From Iphione sp. A-MEVVRFRX5 (taxonomy: Eukaryota), in NCBI GenBank assembly GCA_976226885.1, contig OZ320314.1, positions 44,020,001-44,084,000 on the forward strand: a stretch of DNA of 64,000 bases. The letters run 5' to 3'. The notes beneath the pieces were generated by a model. That model worked only from the letters and a program-made list of their open reading frames with translations, ran no database searches and had not been told where the DNA came from. Within the stretch, counting starts at the first letter, position 1. Every line of letters begins with the position of its first letter. The position numbers and the translations under genes are program-made. Shown here one piece after another: positions 27,218 to 37,333 of the stretch.

Positions 27218-29503
27218 CAGGGGAACGTCCCCTCGCGGACACTTCTGGAATGCGGACGCCTCTACAATGCGGACGGTTCAGCGCAGAACGAAACGATTTT
27301 CTATACTTAAGCATTATGAGCTGACGTCTCCATTCCGGACATCCGATTTCAGAGAACGTCTGCCTGCGGACGGCGACAGTCGTACCCCCCGAGCCGACTC
27401 AAAGTTGAATTCTTCAGATCACCACGCGAATTTTACACCTCACGGACCCCCTTGGGCCCCGTGCCTTTGATTTAGCGTCAGCTAACGGCAAAATTCGACA
27501 CCTAGGGCGACTCAATGGGGTTGTGCGAATTGCAATCGTCACCTCCAGGGCTTGGACGGTCTCAAGACAACACACCAAAGGATGAGTTTCTGTCTGATCT
27601 GCTCACACGTTGCTAATTGCAATTGTCACCTCCTGGGCTTGGCGGGCTCCAGGACCATACATAAGGGGGTCGATTTCGGAGAGGAGGCATCATTCTGTGG
27701 ACGATTCGCAAGACGACAACATGCCTACCCCCAGCAAGACCCTCACCAAGCGCAGAGATCTGACTCTCCGAGAAAAGGTGGATGTCATAAAGAACAGCTC
27801 GAACAAGAGTCTTCGTCAACTCGCAGAGCAGTTTGGGGTTGGCAAGACCCAGGTCGGCTCAATCTTGAAACGCAAGGCGGATATCATGCTTGACTATGAG
27901 AAATGTGCTGATCCCACTGCTAAACGCCGATGCCTTTCCACAACTTCAACCAGCCTGGACGAAAAAGTGTTCTCCTGGTTCTCCAGGATGCGTTCACTCA
28001 ATTGCCCAGTGTCGGGGCCTATGCTATGCACCAGGGCATTAAAAGTATCCAAAGAGTTATCAATGGACGATTTCAAGGCCTCAACCGGTTGGCTACATAA
28101 GTTCAAGAAACGACACTGCATCGGCGGGTTCAAGGTCGTTGGTGAAAAGGCAAGCGTTGACGAGACGACAGTTGAAAACTGGCTGGAGCGTCTGCCTACT
28201 ATCCTCCAGGGTTACGAGGCCAGAGACATATTCAACGTGGATGAATCTGGCCTTTTTTACCGTGCTCTCCCAGACAGGACCCTGAGCGTGAGAGGTTCAG
28301 ATGTCTCTGCTACGAAAAAGTCCAAGGAGCGTATCACTGCAATGTTCTGTGTGAATATGCTAGGAGAATTCCAGAAGACCCTGGTTATTGGTAAAGCTGC
28401 CAGACCCAGATGCTGGAGGAATGTAAAGGACCTTTCAAGCCTGCCTGTTGTTTGGAGGAACAACAAGAAAGCCTGGATGACCTCTGGTCTATTTGAGGAA
28501 TGGCTCCATTCCTTCAATAGGAAAATGAAGAGCCAGGGTAGGAAGGTCTGCCTTCTCATGGACAATGCCCCATCACACCCAGGAGGCATTGAATTGAGCA
28601 ATGTGAAGGTTGCTTTCCTTCCCCCCAATGCCACCTCTGTACTGCAGCCCCTGGACCAGGGGATCATCCAGGCAGTCAAGCTTCAATACAGAAAGTCCCT
28701 GCTCCAGTATGTGATCTCCCGCCTGGATGAAGAAAATGACCCCAAAGCAGTCATTGGCTCTGTTGACATGCAGATGGTGGTTTCCTGGCTGCATGCAGCA
28801 GTGAAGGCTGTGAAGCCCTCCACAGTGGAGGCCTGCTTCATCAGGTCAGGGATCAAGGCAGTACCTGATGGTGATGAAGAGACTCAGGTTGCTCTCCTCA
28901 GAAGTCCACCAGAACTGGATGATGAGCCCCTCCTCTCATTGCTGACCAAGATCCAGGAGGGTATCCCTGAGGAGACCAGGATGAGTCCTGAGGAGTACAG
29001 GACTGTGGACCAAGATCTACCAACACACAGCCTGGATGAAGAGGAGTGGGAGGCTGATGACCAGGAGGATGAGGAGGAGACCCAGGAAGAGACCCAGTCC
29101 CAGGAAAAGCCTGAGACAACTGATTCTGAAATCCAGGAGATGATGCTCAAAATGAAGAGACACTTTGAGCTGAAGGGAGACCTGAACTGTCTGGAACTGC
29201 TGGCACCACTCCAGCAAGCACATTCCACTAGGACAATAGCTAGGAAAATTGTGCAGCCTACCCTTCATTCATTTTTTAAGAAATGATTTAATATTGTATT
29301 TATTGTTGGTTTTGTATTGTGATATTCCATTATGTTACCTGATTTCACTATATTTCCTATAATAAAGACATATATCTGTATTTCATAGTCTGTGTTCATT
29401 CACCATCTCAGGTACTACTCACTGCTTCTACAATCGGGACACTTCCCAAATGCGGACGATTCACTAAAGAACGAAGGGTGTCCGGAATCGGGACGTCCCA
29501 CTG
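27218..29503 (+). mobile_element. Intact Tigger/pogo (Tc1/mariner superfamily) DNA transposon, 2286 bp, inserted in env
   Basis: TA TSD 27216-17 and 29504-05; imperfect TIRs CAGGGGAACGTCCC / CAGTGGGACGTCCC; repeated (GC/CC)GGAC subterminal motifs. Confidence 0.95.
27721..29286 (+). CDS. Tigger/pogo transposase (CENP-B-like HTH plus DDE_1), 521 aa from the ATG at 27721
   Basis: Uninterrupted ORF; LTLREKVDVI, SLRQLAEQFGVGKTQV, FKASTGWLHKFKKRH, FNVDESGLF, LLMDNAPSH, QPLDQG; acidic tail. Confidence 0.93.
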   Translation: MPTPSKTLTKRRDLTLREKVDVIKNSSNKSLRQLAEQFGVGKTQVGSILKRKADIMLDYEKCADPTAKRRCLSTTSTSLDEKVFSWFSRMRSLNCPVSGPMLCTRALKVSKELSMDDFKASTGWLHKFKKRHCIGGFKVVGEKASVDETTVENWLERLPTILQGYEARDIFNVDESGLFYRALPDRTLSVRGSDVSATKKSKERITAMFCVNMLGEFQKTLVIGKAARPRCWRNVKDLSSLPVVWRNNKKAWMTSGLFEEWLHSFNRKMKSQGRKVCLLMDNAPSHPGGIELSNVKVAFLPPNATSVLQPLDQGIIQAVKLQYRKSLLQYVISRLDEENDPKAVIGSVDMQMVVSWLHAAVKAVKPSTVEACFIRSGIKAVPDGDEETQVALLRSPPELDDEPLLSLLTKIQEGIPEETRMSPEEYRTVDQDLPTHSLDEEEWEADDQEDEEETQEETQSQEKPETTDSEIQEMMLKMKRHFELKGDLNCLELLAPLQQAHSTRTIARKIVQPTLHSFFKK

Positions 29504-30333
29504 TAATAATATGTGGGCAAGGACATCTCATCCCCGACAGCTCCACATCCGTTGGGTAGTTTCACTAAGGCGAAGGGAGCTGGAACGTTATGACGGTACA
29601 TGCTGCCGTTAACACACTGTATTCTCATGGCCAACGTGACCGGAGTGGTCACCACCCAATTACCTTGATCTAAGTACTTGGCTTGGGGCATAGTTAGCCC
29701 ACTCATGATGGTACGCGTACAAAGGGAGGACACCCGTTTGACCTCTTGCTGGTAAATAGCGAGAACGCAATATGAATGCAAATTGAGTTCGTACACAGGA
29801 GATGACACTAAACAGGAGTCTTCCTGTAGTCGACAGTGAACAAGTTCTTCTGGCGTGACAATGGCATAACGACGTCGGTCGCTGGTTATGCCAAAATATT
29901 TGAACTCCAAGTCAAATTGAATAGCACGTCCATCGGCCATCGGGACGGGAATGTTCACTGCTTCATAGATAGTGTACGAAGCTACCGGGTCTGTTAACGG
30001 TATAGTTATGGAGGTTATGATACGTCCCTCGAAAATAACCGTGGTGGCAGATAGTGCACTATAGTAGCTCCACACGTCAGTCACCTGATAGGGCAACCGT
30101 AGCTGAGATGGCAATTGGTGCTCTATAGTCATGAGGATACCCCTAAGTTCATTAGCTGGGATGACCTCGGGAGTCAATCATCCGCCTAGAAGATGATTGA
30201 TACGGGCCTCCAATTTGGACACCGAAGTTTCCCACGCGTCCAACCGGTACTCGTATCGTGAGTAAAACCGCTCGGCATTGAGGATGCCATGTATATGGCG
30301 TATTTCCCGAGTAGTGATATTGCTCATGACATG
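29504..30333 (-). pseudogene. env: env, central ectodomain segment
   Basis: HVMSNIT..LLGG*LTPEVIPANEL..LPSQLRLP..YY..ITIPL..YTIYEAVNIPVP..C..C..SPVY..C; one TGA at 30178-80; frame joins both neighbours once insertions are removed. Confidence 0.85.
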
Positions 30334-30335
30334 TA

Positions 30336-33300
30336 CACAGCTAAAAATCCTTTTCTTTTTATAAGAAAAAAAATAGAAATATGAGAAAAAAAGTAAGAAA
30401 AAAAGTTTTAAGTGACACAAGATATTTTTTACAATTGACATAAGAAAATTATTTAAAGAATCTTCTCAAAATAAGATATCTTTTCTTGAAACGAATCTTA
30501 AAACAAGTAAGTAAGGTAAGATTTCATTTCTTGATTTGAGAACTGTTACAAGATTTTTATTCTAACAAAATACCCATATAAGACTTTTTTTCTAAATACT
30601 CTTGGCTGAAACCTAGATATTTTTTCTTACTAACTAGAAAATTGCTCTCAACTCACTTTCTTAAAACAAGAAATTTGTCCATCAGGCAAGAACATTTTCA
30701 CTGAAAATTCTAGAATTCTCATTTCAAGAAAAACCTTATAGATATATTTTCTGGAACCTAGAATTCTTCACTAAGATAACATGAGATCATCTTTCTGGTC
30801 TAACTCTCAAACCATAGAAAATATATCTTAATAAGTTACATGCATCCACAAGACAAGAAATACGAAACTTTCTCTTTTCATATGTTAAATCCGAATATTC
30901 TTGGTGACAACATGAGATGTCCTTTCCTTCTTGAATATATAATTAAAAACATTCATGAAATTATGTAACAACACAGTGAAAAATAAGTTTAACAGTTACC
31001 ATAATACCAAGTCAAATAAACCACAACAAATCTTTCACTCTAAGTGATATCCTGGAGTTTCCCTCCATATTTGAAGAACAACATCTAAAAGCACAGATAT
31101 ATTCTGGGATATGATCACACAATACACATGATTTTAGCTCAGAGACTACAGATCCATGAGTATGTACTTTCAAGATAAGATCAGAATTGTTCCTTATTGA
31201 AGGGAATATGTCCCTAAGAAAAATATAATTTGATCCTTATAGCTCAAATCCAAATATTCTTTGTTACAATAGAAGTTCCTTCTTTTATTGATATACATAA
31301 TGGGTAAGTAGCTGTATTTGAAATATTCATGTAGAAGGGATCAGTCCAAAGCAAAGCCAAGGGAGTTATACCTTCTTAGTGAATATTTTGCATACAGACA
31401 CTTATGAACTCATGTATCTTATGCAAGTCCCCTACAACCAACAATGGGTGATTTAAGGGTGTAATTAATCCCAACCACAGGTTCCTGATCACAGAGCAAA
31501 CACACTACTGTCATTAACTGCCAGTCCATCTCTAAATATTCAACATAGATATGCCGTGTATCAAACTGGACCTGGAGATTTTGACTTAAATTAAGGAGAG
31601 CAGCAATATTATGCATTTCAGACATAATCAAGATCTGACCCCCTCCCCCCCAAAATAAAACCAACAATATGAATCCTAGACCATGGGTTTGGCTTTGTTC
31701 AATCTCAGTATAGAATTCCAGTTCAGTATAGCACAGAGGTTCCCCCAAAGCACACAACTATCTTTAAACTGGGCCCACATATCTCTCTGATTAAGCAGTA
31801 TACAGTAATGATAAAAAGCTCGAAGAAAAACCAAGAACACTAAGAAAAAATTTCTTATTCAAACAGTACCAGCCTACCTCATTGCAGCCTTCCACTGTAA
31901 AAATGGGCGCCAAAACGTCCGTTTTTAAAATGCATATATCTCAATAATCATTCAAGATACAAGCAAAACACTTACATTTCCGAAATCCCTGGACTCTCAG
32001 CTTTCATATGAAAGTTCTTGCACTCAAATCGGACCATTATAGCCTGACTTCTGGCTTGAAGGATTGAAACATGTGAGAACACAGCAGTGACAAGACAGCC
32101 ATGAAACAGGAAGTGAATTTAGTTCCTTCCTTACCAGAGAGTTCCACGTCACCAGGAAATCTTAATATAAGAAAAGGTTTCTTATATCTAGGAAATGATT
32201 TTTTTTGGCTTATCCAACCATTTCTGAAGTATGACCTTCATATTTTGAAGGAGGAAAATGACATTATCTGGTGTCAAACCTTGGGAGCAGTCTCCCTGTG
32301 CCATTTTCCCTTCCTGTCTTTCCTCAGTTCAGTATGAGGGTCAATGTATTCTTATTATGTGGAATCTTTTATATACATACAGGTATATCACTGTTAATTA
32401 AGCCTCTCAGAATGAAGTCAAAATGTAAAAAAAACTTACATTAGAAAAAACAGAGCATGATTATTTGGAGAATACTTTCATTTTCAAATATCATATATTT
32501 AATCAATGAAACAAAGTTAACTCTACAGCTAATAATATTTATTCACATTTTATGTGATTAGTTTTGTCCATTGAAAACTCTATCAAAATGTACACCATAT
32601 CATACATTATAACCTGTGTCAAGGGGTCAGTTTCTTGTTTTAGTTGCTTTAAACATGGGACCATATCCACTGCCCTCTCCTCTTACTTAATGATACGTCC
32701 CAACAAACAGTGGAATCAAGTGATAACAACATTCTGGTAATCACCTATGACTTTGTTGGATGTACAAATCTATACAGTGTATTTCACCCATGTGCACCCT
32801 GAGAGTAGCATAGCCAAAACACTAACAGATCTAATTGCATATAATTGGATCTAGATATACCTCACAATATCTCCAGTGGAGAAAATTGCTCCACTGTTAC
32901 TGATGTCTGAAAATAAAAATTAAAAAAATAATGAAATGATGGAAAAATAAAACAGTGATACTTTGATTTTGGAACTGTGAAGGGAGAGGTCAACATATGA
33001 TTGATCTCCACTCTACCATTGCCAAATTTCAAGGGTAATAGGGCCTACATGTAAATGATATGGCAACAGAATATCATTATGACATAATCAATAGTCTTAC
33101 ACATCTCCTGGACATCCTGTGTGTCATATGGAAGGTTTCTACTCATATGCTTCATCCAAATTAAAGTTGCATCAGTATGTTGTCACATTGTCATATTCTC
33201 TCAAGTGGTTATTTCATGAGAATGCTAATATTCAGTTAATTTTTACTTATATCAGGAAAATTCTAAGTATATTTATAAGATTATCTTATTATAGGAAACA

Positions 33301-33537
33301 TAAAGAAAATAGATCTTTTTCCATAAGAAAAAGTATTCTTGGAATCTTGAATTAAGAACTGAAATAATCATAATCTAGATGTTTTTCTTATTTTAAGTAA
33401 AATCTACTTGAAATATCTTGATCAATGTACTACCAACTAAAATTTAAGATAGGTAAACCAAGATATTATCTTGTTTTGTCATAACAAATCTTAAAATAAG
33501 AAATTTTCTTAAACCAAGAAAGTGATTTTTGGCTGTG
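30336..33537. mobile_element. 3.2-kb non-autonomous TIR element, probably EnSpm/CACTA (CMC) type, inserted in env
   Basis: TA duplication 30334-35 and 33538-39; TIR CACAGC(T/C)AAAAATC; several hundred bp of AT-rich subterminal (T/C)AAGA / TCTT(A/G) motifs at both ends; no transposase ORF. Superfamily inferred from CAC termini and 2-bp TSD. Confidence 0.75.
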
Positions 33538-33546
33538 TACGGTCTC

Positions 33547-35229
33547 TCACAAGTCAATTTCTACCTCCTTTAAGGTTTTTAACATGTCATTGATATGTTG
33601 ACGGTTCCGGCGGGCGTCCACATTCATCTGATTCATCACCATCATCATATCCTTCATAATTGTCAGGGTCTCCAACTGTTGCGATTCCAGTTGGTACACA
33701 TGTTGCTTAATAATGTGTATTTCATTTCCCACTACACCAAACCCAGCGGCCGTCCCTGCCACCATCACCACGCCACCTAAGGCTGCGAGGGCTACGGCAG
33801 GACTGCGCCGTGGCCTGGTACGATTATACTGTCCAAAGATATCTCCGGAATTGGAGTGGCCTACCTGCGGATCCTCCCGACCTGACCAAAGCTGACTTAA
33901 AGCATCGGCGGGAATATTGTCCCTACCAGGGATGTATTGAATTTCACAGTCGTACTCAGAAAGCTGCATGGCCCAACGCTGGACCTTAGCATTTTTCTGC
34001 TCTGACTTGAACAAGAATTTCAAGGGTTTATGGTCCGTATGTACAATGTATTTATGTCCGTACAGAAAAGCGTGGAACTTCCAGATTGCAGAGACAATAG
34101 CAAACCCTTCCTTTTCAATAATGGGCCACCTCTGTTGAGTTTCACTTAGGTGGTGCGACATATACTGGATCTGTCTTTCTCCGTCGTCAAACTCCTGAAC
34201 GAGCACGGCTCGGATGCACGCGTCACTCGCATCGGTATACAAGATGAACTCTCGGTCAAACACCGGAAAGGCCAAAAGTGTAGGATTGATAAGCTTCTCC
34301 TTTAATGTGTCGAAGGCTATCTGACCCTTAGGAGTCCACTTAAACTCTGCACGCTTTCGGGTCATGGCAATCAATGGTTCGGCAATCTGGGCGAATGCTG
34401 GCACATACCTTCTGTAGAAGCTAGCCATTCCTATAAAGGATTGGACACCCTTTACGTCGACTGGGGGTTCCAAGTCAGAGATGCTAGCCACTTTTCCATC
34501 ATCAGGCTGTACCCCATTAGACGTGATGATATGCCCCAAATATTGCAAGCGAGGACAGAAGAAGTCACACTTGCTTTGTTTCAACTTCAGCCCTGCACTT
34601 CTTAATCGGTCGAACACCATTTGTAGATGGCAAAGGTGAGTAGCATGGTCCGGCGACCATACCAAAATATCGTCGATATAAGCTGTGGTGAACATGCCGT
34701 TAATTCCGTCCAGAACCTTAGCCATAAGTTCGCAAAAGACACTGGGTGCATTACACAACCCAAACGACATGACATTAAATTCGAATAACCCTGCGTGACA
34801 AGCAAATGCGGTCTTAGGTCTGGAGGCTTCATCCATCGGAACTTGATGATAACCACTACGAAGATCCAAGGTAGAAAAACAGGTACTGCCCCCCAACTTA
34901 GCCAAGATATCATCAATTCGAGGCAGTGGCCAATTAAACTTGACAGTAACATCATTGACGCAGCGATAATCGACACAGAATCGCATCGTGCCATCCTTCT
35001 TCTCCACCAGCACAATTGGTGAAGCCCACGGGCTGCGACTAGTGGGGATAATGCCAGCGTCCATCATACCCTGTATTTTCTCCTCTACCACGATTTGTCG
35101 GGACAGTGGTGTATGATAAGGCTTCTGAGCAATGGGTTCGTGATCTCCCGTATTGATCTCCATGGTAACGAGATGGGTGCAACCCAACTCCATATCCGAG
35201 GCTGCAAACAAGTCCTCGTTATTCGCCAA
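33547..35229 (-). CDS. pol: pol RT plus RNase H fused in frame to the env cleavage site, fusion peptide and heptad repeat (integrase missing)
   Basis: SPWASPIVLVEKKDGTMRFCVDYR, LDLRSGYHQV, FGLCNAP, AYIDDILV, YLGH, YTDASD, EKEGFAI, TDHKPL, ADALSQ, then after about 25 aa RPRR/SPAVALAALGGVVMVAGTAAGFG. Confidence 0.92.
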   Translation of the reverse strand: MANNEDLFAASDMELGCTHLVTMEINTGDHEPIAQKPYHTPLSRQIVVEEKIQGMMDAGIIPTSRSPWASPIVLVEKKDGTMRFCVDYRCVNDVTVKFNWPLPRIDDILAKLGGSTCFSTLDLRSGYHQVPMDEASRPKTAFACHAGLFEFNVMSFGLCNAPSVFCELMAKVLDGINGMFTTAYIDDILVWSPDHATHLCHLQMVFDRLRSAGLKLKQSKCDFFCPRLQYLGHIITSNGVQPDDGKVASISDLEPPVDVKGVQSFIGMASFYRRYVPAFAQIAEPLIAMTRKRAEFKWTPKGQIAFDTLKEKLINPTLLAFPVFDREFILYTDASDACIRAVLVQEFDDGERQIQYMSHHLSETQQRWPIIEKEGFAIVSAIWKFHAFLYGHKYIVHTDHKPLKFLFKSEQKNAKVQRWAMQLSEYDCEIQYIPGRDNIPADALSQLWSGREDPQVGHSNSGDIFGQYNRTRPRRSPAVALAALGGVVMVAGTAAGFGVVGNEIHIIKQHVYQLESQQLETLTIMKDMMMVMNQMNVDARRNRQHINDMLKTLKEVEIDL

Positions 35230-35415
35230 CAGCTCCTCTAACGTAGAGACTGCTACATTTAATTGGCGAGGAGTTGGCGTTGAGTTCGTACCGATCAGTC
35301 CTAACTCGAGACAAGTTTCGTCTCAGACGGGTTCAACTTCCGCGATCACGTTTCCCACTTTCAGCATCAGGGTGCACGTAGTGGTGTTGACAATTAATAC
35401 TGGAATTTTGTCAGA

Positions 35416-35988
35416 TCACACAGTCGTAAGAGAGTTGGCGACTATGACTCCAGGCCCCTCAATTAGATAACTCTGTTTGGAACCCTTCACTATCATAGTC
35501 TGAGCATCCCCTACCGGAGTATCCTTCCGTCTCCGTTTACCACATGCTATAACTGCCGTATTTGGGGGCAGGACGGTGTCGGATGGCACCCGCACGATTG
35601 CCTCAACCTGTTGTTCGGCAATCATGGGAACCAACAAGGACCCGCAGCATACCATCCCCTCCTCTGGTAGCAACTGCATTGGGTGCTGGCTTAACCAGTC
35701 CCAACCTAGGATAAACGTGTGTCGAGGATGACTCATGACTCGGAACTCCGCAGAGAAACTAATTCCCTGGACTGAGAATTCGATATTAGTCACACCCGAT
35801 TGCTGCAATTCTCCACCATCCACTCCTCGTATAGTGGTGGGTGGCGTGTCCACCACTGTAGCCAACCTCTGCTTTTCCAGACTCTTATAGATATCCTCCC
35901 TCACAACAGACATGTCTGCCCCTGTGTCTAGCAGAGCGCGGAAGCCGTAAGGGCCTACTTTAATTTTAATAGTCGGCCTATCAGTCAT
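35416..35988 (-). CDS. pro: Aspartic protease and downstream linker; same frame as RT but separated by two TGA codons
   Basis: ALLDTGADMSVV and FILGWDWL; reading through TGA at 35416-18 and a second TGA near 35325 runs into LEELLANNEDLFA. Confidence 0.88.
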   Translation of the reverse strand: MTDRPTIKIKVGPYGFRALLDTGADMSVVREDIYKSLEKQRLATVVDTPPTTIRGVDGGELQQSGVTNIEFSVQGISFSAEFRVMSHPRHTFILGWDWLSQHPMQLLPEEGMVCCGSLLVPMIAEQQVEAIVRVPSDTVLPPNTAVIACGKRRRKDTPVGDAQTMIVKGSKQSYLIEGPGVIVANSLTTV

Positions 35989-36010
35989 CTTGTATCAGGC
36001 GTCGGTCTTC

Positions 36011-36964
36011 CTAATTCGTCAAATTTTTATTTGGGCACTGGGACTGGTAGTGTCCAAACTTTTTGCATCCGTAACATTGAACCTTCTTAACCACCCTTGA
36101 CAACGGTTGTGGGGGAACACCCTCCTTCTGTCCCCTTAACTTGGCCTTCACGGTATAGCAATTCTTTGCCACGTGACCCTGCTTGCCACAACAGTGACAA
36201 TTGCCCTGAAACCATTTTTTCCCGGTATCGATGGTATCTACTTCTATGGGGGTATGTTCATCTCTCCCTCTTAATGATATATGGCGGAGGACTTCCATCT
36301 CACCTCCTGCACAGGCGACAGCGGCCACAAAATGTTCAGGTCCCTCCCGTATTATTTTCCTAGCCACCTTGGGGTTCTTCACCCTGTCTGTGAAGAATTC
36401 AACTAACTGTTGTTGCACCGCTGCTTGGCGCATTTCTTCATCTGAAAAGGCATCTCTAGCTAGATCAAGTAACTTTTCAGAGTACACATATATGGTCTCG
36501 TCGGATTTTTGTTTACATTTCTGTAATAACCCCTTTGCATGAACAGGGTCTATTACCTCCCCAAATCTGCAGGATAGTTGCTCTTTAAACCTTTCCCACT
36601 CAACCTGGGTCAAAACTGGTTGAAGCACTTGAGGATCACCTCCCTGAAGTCTATTATCTTGCTCTTCAACGTAACGGATGATATAATCAGCCACCGGCCC
36701 TTCTGCTGTTAGCTCGGCTAGCCGTTGCTTAAATCGCACGGCTGCCTCAGGCCGCACCACGTACCCAATGGTAGCGTGTTCGATTGCCTTCATCCATGGC
36801 TTGAATCCCTTTGGTTTTCCATCAAAACTGGGAACTGATTGTTTAGCTCCCTGTATACTCAAATTTTCTGTCACCTTAGCTAAGTGCTGATCTATTTCTT
36901 GAAAGCATCGCTGGAGATTCGGACCTCCTCCCTCTACTCCCTGGGGCACCTCGGGCACCTCCAT
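36011..36964 (-). CDS. gag: Gag (capsid-like region plus two CCHC zinc knuckles), 317 aa
   Basis: VPSFDGK..WMKAIE; CHCCGKQGHVAKNC and CYGCKKFGHYQSQC. Confidence 0.9.
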   Translation of the reverse strand: MEVPEVPQGVEGGGPNLQRCFQEIDQHLAKVTENLSIQGAKQSVPSFDGKPKGFKPWMKAIEHATIGYVVRPEAAVRFKQRLAELTAEGPVADYIIRYVEEQDNRLQGGDPQVLQPVLTQVEWERFKEQLSCRFGEVIDPVHAKGLLQKCKQKSDETIYVYSEKLLDLARDAFSDEEMRQAAVQQQLVEFFTDRVKNPKVARKIIREGPEHFVAAVACAGGEMEVLRHISLRGRDEHTPIEVDTIDTGKKWFQGNCHCCGKQGHVAKNCYTVKAKLRGQKEGVPPQPLSRVVKKVQCYGCKKFGHYQSQCPNKNLTN

Positions 36965-36985
36965 AGGCCCGACTTAACCCAACTT

Positions 36986-37162
36986 CTAGGGGAGGGCGTG
37001 GGGTTCCCCATTTCCCACTAGCACAAGTACTGGGGCCCCACAACCCAGAGTTACTTTGCATGCCAAATATCCTATCGCTCCCATTAGCATGGCCACAATT
37101 AGGAGCATTACAACAATATACCCCACTGAATGGGAATCAAATTCAAAAGTGGTCAGATCCAT
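36986..37162 (-). CDS. 58-aa hydrophobic ORF in frame with gag (possible former membrane-anchored Gag leader)
   Basis: MDLTTFEFDSHSVGYIVVMLLIVAMLMGAIGYLACKVTLG...; ATG is 198 nt (66 codons) upstream of the gag ATG with TAG and TAA between. Confidence 0.45.
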   Translation of the reverse strand: MDLTTFEFDSHSVGYIVVMLLIVAMLMGAIGYLACKVTLGCGAPVLVLVGNGEPHALP

Positions 37163-37333
37163 CACAATTTTAGACCCTCAAACCCTACCCACTAGGTTCA
37201 TTGGTCTTGGCAGAACATCCCAGAGACTCTCGCTCACCTTTCAATTTCATGGCTGCACAGTCCGTTGTTCTGGGTTTTCTGTTATCAGTTCTGTCTCTTA
37301 GCCGGTTACGGGTGACTCAAGCGGCAACAAGGC

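Noticed and set aside
30178-30441. ORF with hydrophobic FFLLFFSYFYFF N-terminus suggesting an env signal peptide
   Set aside because: That part is read from the AT-rich end of the inserted element (beyond 30335); only 30178-30333 is env.
35989-36030. Programmed gag-pol frameshift at A AAT TTG
   Set aside because: The -1 frame stops before the protease frame and the +1 frame has two TGAs; mechanism cannot be inferred from this decayed copy.
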